Shown here: positions 8,473-13,059 of the stretch, in pieces
How positions within the stretch are numbered: position 1 is the stretch's first letter
Layout of the letters: each line of letters starts with the position of its first letter
Assembly (NCBI GenBank): GCA_037137755.1
Contig: JBAXJR010000056.1
Coordinates: forward strand, 1-13,059
DNA from: Methanomicrobiales archaeon
Lineage (GTDB): Archaea > Halobacteriota > Methanomicrobia > Methanomicrobiales > Methanospirillaceae
Reading direction: 5' to 3'
Length of the DNA: 13,059 bases
Position numbers and translations under genes: made by a program
The notes under the pieces: model-generated
Told to the model about the DNA's origin: nothing
What the model saw: only the letters and a program-made list of their open reading frames with translations
The model's database searches: none

Positions 8473-10488
8473 TTAATCTACTCCTTTGATTACCATCAGG
8501 GTAATATCATCAAACTGGGGCTGACCAACCGCGAAGGAGTTGACCGCCTCCAGTATTTTCTCAAGGATGCCGATGGCAGAAAGCCCGGTGTGTTCCCTGA
8601 TGATGGATCTCAACCGGTCTTCTCCGAACATCTCCTCCTCCCCGTTGATGGATTCCGTAATACCGTCTGTATAGAGCACGATAATATCCCCAGCCCCGAT
8701 CTCAATGGTCCGCGATGAGTACACCTGGTGTTCCAGTCCCCCGAGGAAAATACCGGTTGGCATAAGTTCTTCAAAGGTTTTTGACCTGCACCGGTACATT
8801 ATCGGGGGATTATGGCCGGCATTCACATAGGTGAGTGTCCTGTCCTTTTCTGAAAGCGAACCGTAAAACAGGGTGACGAACATCCCTGCCTTGGAATCCT
8901 GCGTGATAATATCGTTTGCAAAACCGATCGCTGTTGCCGGGTCCCGGTGCCAGAGTGCATTGACCCTGACAACGATCCTCGAGAGTGCCATAAAAAGTGC
9001 TGCGGGCACCCCTTTTCCTGAAACATCGGCAATAAGAAGCCCATATTTTCCCATCTCGAGCGGGATTACCTCGAAAGGAATCACGTCAAAAAAGTCACCG
9101 CCTACCTCTTTTGCCATTACGCTCCGTGCAGCGATATCAAATCCCCTGATATCAGGAAGTGTTTCCGGCAGGAAACTCTGCTGGATCTCTGCGGCTATCT
9201 GCAGTTCGGCACTGGACCGTGCCAGTTTCTGCTCAATCTGGATCCGTTCCGTGTTATCCCGGATCGTCTCTATTGCACCGGCAATATTGCCTTCCGGGTC
9301 GTACAACGGGCTTGCTTTGGCCCAGAAATATGCCCCGCCGGGCCGGAATCCCGGGATAAAAATGTCTACAACAAGTGTGTCCCGAATCCTCTGGACGCTG
9401 TGATACCGCTGCCCGATCTCTTCTCCTGGCATGAAGATCAGGTTCGCGAGCATCGGTTTCTTTTCACCATAAAACGGGATGGCATACTCGTAATCTCCTT
9501 TCCCTACTATCGCTTCAGCGGTGGTCCCTGTCAGCTCCTCGAGTGCCCTGTTCCACGCGATGACTACCCCGTTCCGGTCAATCACAAATGTCGGGTCAGG
9601 AAGGAAGCTGATGATCTCTGCAAGTCTCTGTCGTGCCCGGTCTGTTTCCTGTTCTGCGAGCTTCCGCTCCGTGATATCCCTGATCGTCTCAATCGCACCT
9701 GATATCTCTCCCCGTTCATTATAGAGCGGGCTTGCCTTAGCCCAGAAATATGTCCCCCCCGGTCCGAATGTGGGGATAAAAATATCGACGACAAACATGT
9801 CTCCGATGCGCTCGACAAAATGGTACCGTTGTGTGATCTCTTCACCGGGCATGAATATCAGGTTCGCGAGCATCGGTTTCTTTTCACCGTAAAACGGTAT
9901 GGCATACTCGTAATCCCCTTTCCCGAGCATGTCCCGGGCCGGAACTCCTGTTACCTGCTCCATCGCCCTGTTCCATGCGATTACTATGCCATTGTTATCG
10001 ATGACAAACGTCGCATCAGGCAGGAAATTAATTATCTGGCCGAGTCTGTCACGCGTCAGCTCTGTCTCCAGCTCTGCCTGTTTTCTGTCAGTGATATCGC
10101 GGATAGTCTCTATTGCACCGGTTATCGAACCCTGCCGGTCACGGAGCGGGCGTGCCTTTGCCCAGAACCAAGCCCCTCCTGGCCGAAAACCAGGGATGAA
10201 AATATCGACGACCAGTGTATCACCCGTCTTTTTGACCGTGTTGTACCTCTCAGTGAGTTCTTCACCCCCCATCATAACCAGGTTGGCCAGCATAGGTTTT
10301 CGTTCGCCATAGAATGGGAGTGCATACTCGTAATCCCCTTTCCCAAGCATCCGTGATGCGGGAACACCCGTAATCTCCTCCATCGCCCTGTTCCATGCGA
10401 TGATTGTACCCGAAGAATCGATAACGAACATCGCATCAGGCAGGAAGTCGATAATCTCTATGTAATTCTCCTCGTTCAGCCCGGTCAT
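8473..10488 (-). CDS. 3xPAS + PP2C/SpoIIE (RsbU/RsbP-like) Ser/Thr phosphatase
   Basis: Three PAS-PAC units (FLPDA.FVID..G.IIAWNRAME...GAIETIRD), linker AELQIAAEIQQSFLP, and PP2C motifs VGGDFFD, IADVSGKG, NAGHNPP, YTDGITE and DDITL. Alternative start is GTG 10497. Confidence 0.95.
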   Translation of the reverse strand: MTGLNEENYIEIIDFLPDAMFVIDSSGTIIAWNRAMEEITGVPASRMLGKGDYEYALPFYGERKPMLANLVMMGGEELTERYNTVKKTGDTLVVDIFIPGFRPGGAWFWAKARPLRDRQGSITGAIETIRDITDRKQAELETELTRDRLGQIINFLPDATFVIDNNGIVIAWNRAMEQVTGVPARDMLGKGDYEYAIPFYGEKKPMLANLIFMPGEEITQRYHFVERIGDMFVVDIFIPTFGPGGTYFWAKASPLYNERGEISGAIETIRDITERKLAEQETDRARQRLAEIISFLPDPTFVIDRNGVVIAWNRALEELTGTTAEAIVGKGDYEYAIPFYGEKKPMLANLIFMPGEEIGQRYHSVQRIRDTLVVDIFIPGFRPGGAYFWAKASPLYDPEGNIAGAIETIRDNTERIQIEQKLARSSAELQIAAEIQQSFLPETLPDIRGFDIAARSVMAKEVGGDFFDVIPFEVIPLEMGKYGLLIADVSGKGVPAALFMALSRIVVRVNALWHRDPATAIGFANDIITQDSKAGMFVTLFYGSLSEKDRTLTYVNAGHNPPIMYRCRSKTFEELMPTGIFLGGLEHQVYSSRTIEIGAGDIIVLYTDGITESINGEEEMFGEDRLRSIIREHTGLSAIGILEKILEAVNSFAVGQPQFDDITLMVIKGVD
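9245..10460 (-). repeat. Three tandem 420-bp (140-aa) PAS repeats
   Basis: GCATACTCGTAATC recurs at 9482, 9902 and 10322 (exact 420-bp period). The protein block GKGDYEYA[LI]PFYGE[RK]KPMLANL is present in all three. Confidence 0.93.
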
Positions 10489-10634
10489 GGAACTCACTTC
10501 ACAGAGAATACGTCACATCCCATGTATGTAGTTCCTTCGCAGGGGACAAATGATTCTCCGGTTGCGGTTATGCCGAAAATGATATTCCAAAAGGTCCTGA
10601 TTGGTAATCTGGGAGATTATTGTGGAGTTATCAA

Positions 10635-10671
10635 TGTTGAAACTCATCAATTCAACAGAAAACCTTATCTA
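10635..10671 (+). promoter_or_regulatory. Palindromic operator-like site and BRE/TATA of the YIP1 gene
   Basis: TGTTGAA-N9-TTCAACA (10635-10657) abuts CAGAAAA-CCTTATCTA, which ends 22 bp before ATG 10694. Confidence 0.5.
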
Positions 10672-10693
10672 TTCACATATCGTGAAGTGAACT

Positions 10694-11338
10694 ATGTATG
10701 AAGATTTTGGAAAAAATGTTAAGGGATTCCTCATGTCGCCTGTTGAGGGTTTCAAACAGGCAGGAACAAAATCACTCGGTGTTGCATACCAGTATTATGT
10801 AATGCTCCTGATTATCTTCACGGCTCTGTATGGAATAGTCGTCCTCGTTGTCGGGGCTGTCATGTTCAATTCCTATGTTCAGCAGGTTTCGGTGGTCCCC
10901 CTCGTTGGCAAGGCATTATCTGCTGAGCTGGCTAAATTCGGCACTTTTGTTATGGTTTCTGAATTGCTCTATGTTTACATGGTTTTCCTTGCCCTGTTAT
11001 TCGGGATTTTTTTTGCAGGGTTACTCCTCCATGTCTTTGTTCTCCTGGCGGAAGGAAAGAAAGGCGTGAGGGAGACAATCAAAACGGCCATGTACGCGGC
11101 AACCCCCGGGCTCCTGCTTGGCTGGATTCCCTTTATCAGCATCATCGGGTGCGTCTGGTCGTTCGTGCTCCTGATCCTCGGGCTCAGGGACAACAACGGG
11201 TTATCCTTTGAAAAAGCCGTGTTTGTGGCAGTCATTCCGGTTGTGCTGGGCCTCATTATGCTGATACTGGGTATGACCGTTGTTTCCACATTCCTCGGGG
11301 CGCTCGCCTCGTTATTACCAAGGCCATTCTCGGGTTAA
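10694..11338 (+). CDS. YIP1 family integral membrane protein
   Basis: About 5 TM helices, N-terminal FLMSPVEGF, and the LLLHVFV...ETIKTAMYAATP.LLLGWIP pattern typical of archaeal YIP1 proteins. T-run follows at about 11353-11360. Confidence 0.85.
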   Translation: MYEDFGKNVKGFLMSPVEGFKQAGTKSLGVAYQYYVMLLIIFTALYGIVVLVVGAVMFNSYVQQVSVVPLVGKALSAELAKFGTFVMVSELLYVYMVFLALLFGIFFAGLLLHVFVLLAEGKKGVRETIKTAMYAATPGLLLGWIPFISIIGCVWSFVLLILGLRDNNGLSFEKAVFVAVIPVVLGLIMLILGMTVVSTFLGALASLLPRPFSG

Positions 11339-11543
11339 ATCAAACATATATCTTTTTTTTGAGAAACAGGCAATTCTAATCTGACCGTTTAATCCCTGCC
11401 CAGCCGGACCCGGGTACATCATGAATAGATCCTGATATTAAGGAATGCGGGACAATATATACAGGACAACGTACCGTGCCTGGCAAGTGGCACAAAGATC
11501 TTTTTGTAATTTTTTAAAAGACAGAACGTGAGCAGGTGTTACT

Positions 11544-12176
11544 ATGGAGATTGTCAGGGGGGTTCATCAGGTTGATGGGATCATCGCGAACAGCTATATT
11601 ATCAACGGGAAAAAGATGGTGGTCATTGACACCGGACTCCCCGGCAACAGCAGAAAAATTATCAATTACATCCGTGTTGCCCTTAAACGCTCTCCGAATG
11701 ATGTAACGACGATTATTCTTACCCATTGCCATGGTGACCATACAGGAAATGTCTATGAGTTGAAAAATCTCACCGGTGCAATAGTTGCTGTCCATACTGA
11801 TGATGCGGATTATGTATCCGGAAAAAAGGAGATGCCAGGCGGGTGCACGCCGATACAGCATGTGACTCCGGATACATTGTTGCAGGACGGGGACAAAATC
11901 GCAGGACTCACCTGTGTCCATTGTCCAGGCCATACTGCGGGCAGCATTGCCTTGTACGACCCGAACCGGAGGATCTTATTCACCGGTGATACGCTCGGTT
12001 TCGATGAGGGAAAAGTCCATGGCCCGCGCGAAGAATCGTCAGAGGACATGGAGCAGGTAAAAAGTTCGATTATGATATTATCCCGTCTCGATTATGACCT
12101 GATGCTTCCGGGACATGGCAGCCCGCTGAAGCCCGATGCTGCGAACCGGGTGAGCGAGTTCTCCCAGGGATTATAG
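11544..12176 (+). CDS. MBL-fold metallo-hydrolase (glyoxalase II-like)
   Basis: Motifs IDTG, THCHGDH (HxHxDH), PGHTAGS, FTGD and PGHG. Confidence 0.93.
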   Translation: MEIVRGVHQVDGIIANSYIINGKKMVVIDTGLPGNSRKIINYIRVALKRSPNDVTTIILTHCHGDHTGNVYELKNLTGAIVAVHTDDADYVSGKKEMPGGCTPIQHVTPDTLLQDGDKIAGLTCVHCPGHTAGSIALYDPNRRILFTGDTLGFDEGKVHGPREESSEDMEQVKSSIMILSRLDYDLMLPGHGSPLKPDAANRVSEFSQGL

Positions 12177-12193
12177 GAATCGGAAACAATTCA

Positions 12194-12208
12194 CTTTTTT
12201 ATAAAAAG
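12194..12208. terminator. Bidirectional T/A-tract terminator between convergent genes
   Basis: CTTTTTTATAAAAAG gives an oligo-T on each strand between the MBL and ACT gene stops. Confidence 0.5.
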
Positions 12209-12212
12209 CCAT

Positions 12213-12713
12213 CTAGATAATTACTTTTTTTACCTGGGGCAGGGCCCTGATCTCCTCTATAACGCCATGGGGAAGTAATTCATCCACAATTATCACGAGT
12301 TTCGGCTCTTCTGAAAACTGCGGGTCCGTGACAAATATCTGGCGTATTGAGAGGTTATGCCCGCTGAGTACCCTGACTGCAGCACCAACAATCCCCCGTT
12401 CTGATGCATTTTTAGGTAGGACCGTGATTACTGTCAACCCTAGTGATTCGGCGACATTTGACAGGTCAGGTGTCGCCCTCATCCTGACGAAGATCTCCCG
12501 AAGCGATGGGAGAGTAAGGATCCGTTGGGTCGTGGCGTCGACGACACGTCGGTCGGAGCCGATTGCCTTGGCGATCTGCGTTGCAGGTACCTCGATCCCG
12601 TTGCAGGTCACCCTGCCATCATTGTTGATACCAAAACCGTTTTCGAGAAGAAAACGCACCACTTTACTCTGGGACGGGGAATCGGCAAACTCGTGAATGA
12701 TATCAGACCACAT
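12213..12713 (-). CDS. ACT-domain regulator of amino acid metabolism (COG2150-like)
   Basis: N-terminal HTH-like region (IEVPATQIAKAIGSDRRVV) and C-terminal ACT (GIVGAAVRVLSGHNLSIRQIFVTDP...IRALPQVKKVII). Confidence 0.9.
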   Translation of the reverse strand: MWSDIIHEFADSPSQSKVVRFLLENGFGINNDGRVTCNGIEVPATQIAKAIGSDRRVVDATTQRILTLPSLREIFVRMRATPDLSNVAESLGLTVITVLPKNASERGIVGAAVRVLSGHNLSIRQIFVTDPQFSEEPKLVIIVDELLPHGVIEEIRALPQVKKVII

Positions 12714-12735
12714 GGAGTGAGATCTGCTGTTGTCG

Positions 12736-12743
12736 TATATAAA
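12736..12743 (-). promoter_or_regulatory. TATA box of the ACT regulator (likely leaderless mRNA)
   Basis: Consensus TTTATATA on the minus strand, ending about 23 bp upstream of ATG 12713. Confidence 0.65.
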
Positions 12744-12884
12744 AATACATCGATGTATGGGTTCCTCACTTTTCAGGTGGAGAGCCCTTCTGGCATTCTA
12801 CGAATTCACATTGTTTGAAGGCATACATGACAACCAGATGGATACATTATTTTAGATAGACATCCTCATTGTTATGGCACGAGA

Positions 12885-12930
12885 GCGAGGATAACCAGGT
12901 TAGATCAAAGGCTCCAGGTTAAGGGCCTTG
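12885..12930 (+). pseudogene. Degenerate tRNA-Leu 5' half (pseudo-tRNA), anticodon position AAG
   Basis: Ungapped 36/46 identity to 12972-13017 (GCGAGGATAACCAGGTTAGATCAAAGGCTCCAGGTTAAGGGCCTTG versus GCGAGGGTAGCCAAGCTTGGTCAACGGCGCCAGGTTGAGGGCCTGG). No intact variable arm or T-arm. Confidence 0.75.
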
Positions 12931-12971
12931 ATATGGGTTTATCGCTCTATTGTGTAAAAGAGTATACCCGT

Positions 12972-13056
12972 GCGAGGGTAGCCAAGCTTGGTCAACGGCG
13001 CCAGGTTGAGGGCCTGGTCTCTTAGGAGTCCTTGGGTTCAAATCCCATCCCTCGCA
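12972..13056 (+). tRNA. tRNA-Leu(GAG), intronless, CCA not encoded
   Basis: Acceptor stem GCGAGGG/CCCTCGC with discriminator A, anticodon arm CCAGG-TTGAGGG-CCTGG, long variable arm and T-loop TTCAAAT; 85 nt. Confidence 0.96.
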
Positions 13057-13059
13057 TGC

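Noticed and set aside
8823-10356. Plus-strand and alternative-frame ORFs over the phosphatase gene
   Set aside because: Shadows of the PAS-PP2C gene with no motifs of their own.
12174-12215. TAG stops of the MBL and ACT genes as pyrrolysine readthrough
   Set aside because: Both proteins are already full length for their families, and readthrough would run into the terminator and the convergent gene.
12885-12971. Upstream tRNA-like half as a split tRNA, an intron-containing tRNA or an att site
   Set aside because: D-arm and anticodon-stem positions are mutated, no bulge-helix-bulge is evident, the intact tRNA is complete by itself, and only 41 bp with no integrase separate the two copies.

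Overview
Archaeal chromosomal window, most consistent with a Methanomicrobiales-type methanogen (inferred from tfe, aTrm56, an archaeal tRNA-Leu and TATA/BRE promoters). It begins with a large soluble chemoreceptor that the ORF track misses (3 PAS, about 9 HAMP and an MCP signalling domain; minus strand, runs off the left edge). Next come a putative lipoprotein, a hypothetical protein and a tightly coupled operon: wHTH protein, trm56, ATP-grasp ligase, tfe and an HD protein. These are followed by an FxLYD-type membrane protein, a 3xPAS-PP2C/SpoIIE phosphatase, a YIP1 protein, an MBL hydrolase, an ACT-domain regulator and tRNA-Leu(GAG). The most unexpected signal is a degenerate copy of the tRNA-Leu 5' half (36/46 nt identical, anticodon position AAG) 87 bp upstream of the intact tRNA, which can refold into a long hairpin. 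Other points of interest are exact-period internal repeats in both signalling genes, an 11-bp inverted repeat bracketing the FxLYD gene and a possible CTG start codon. No CRISPR array, transposase, integrase or reverse transcriptase is seen.
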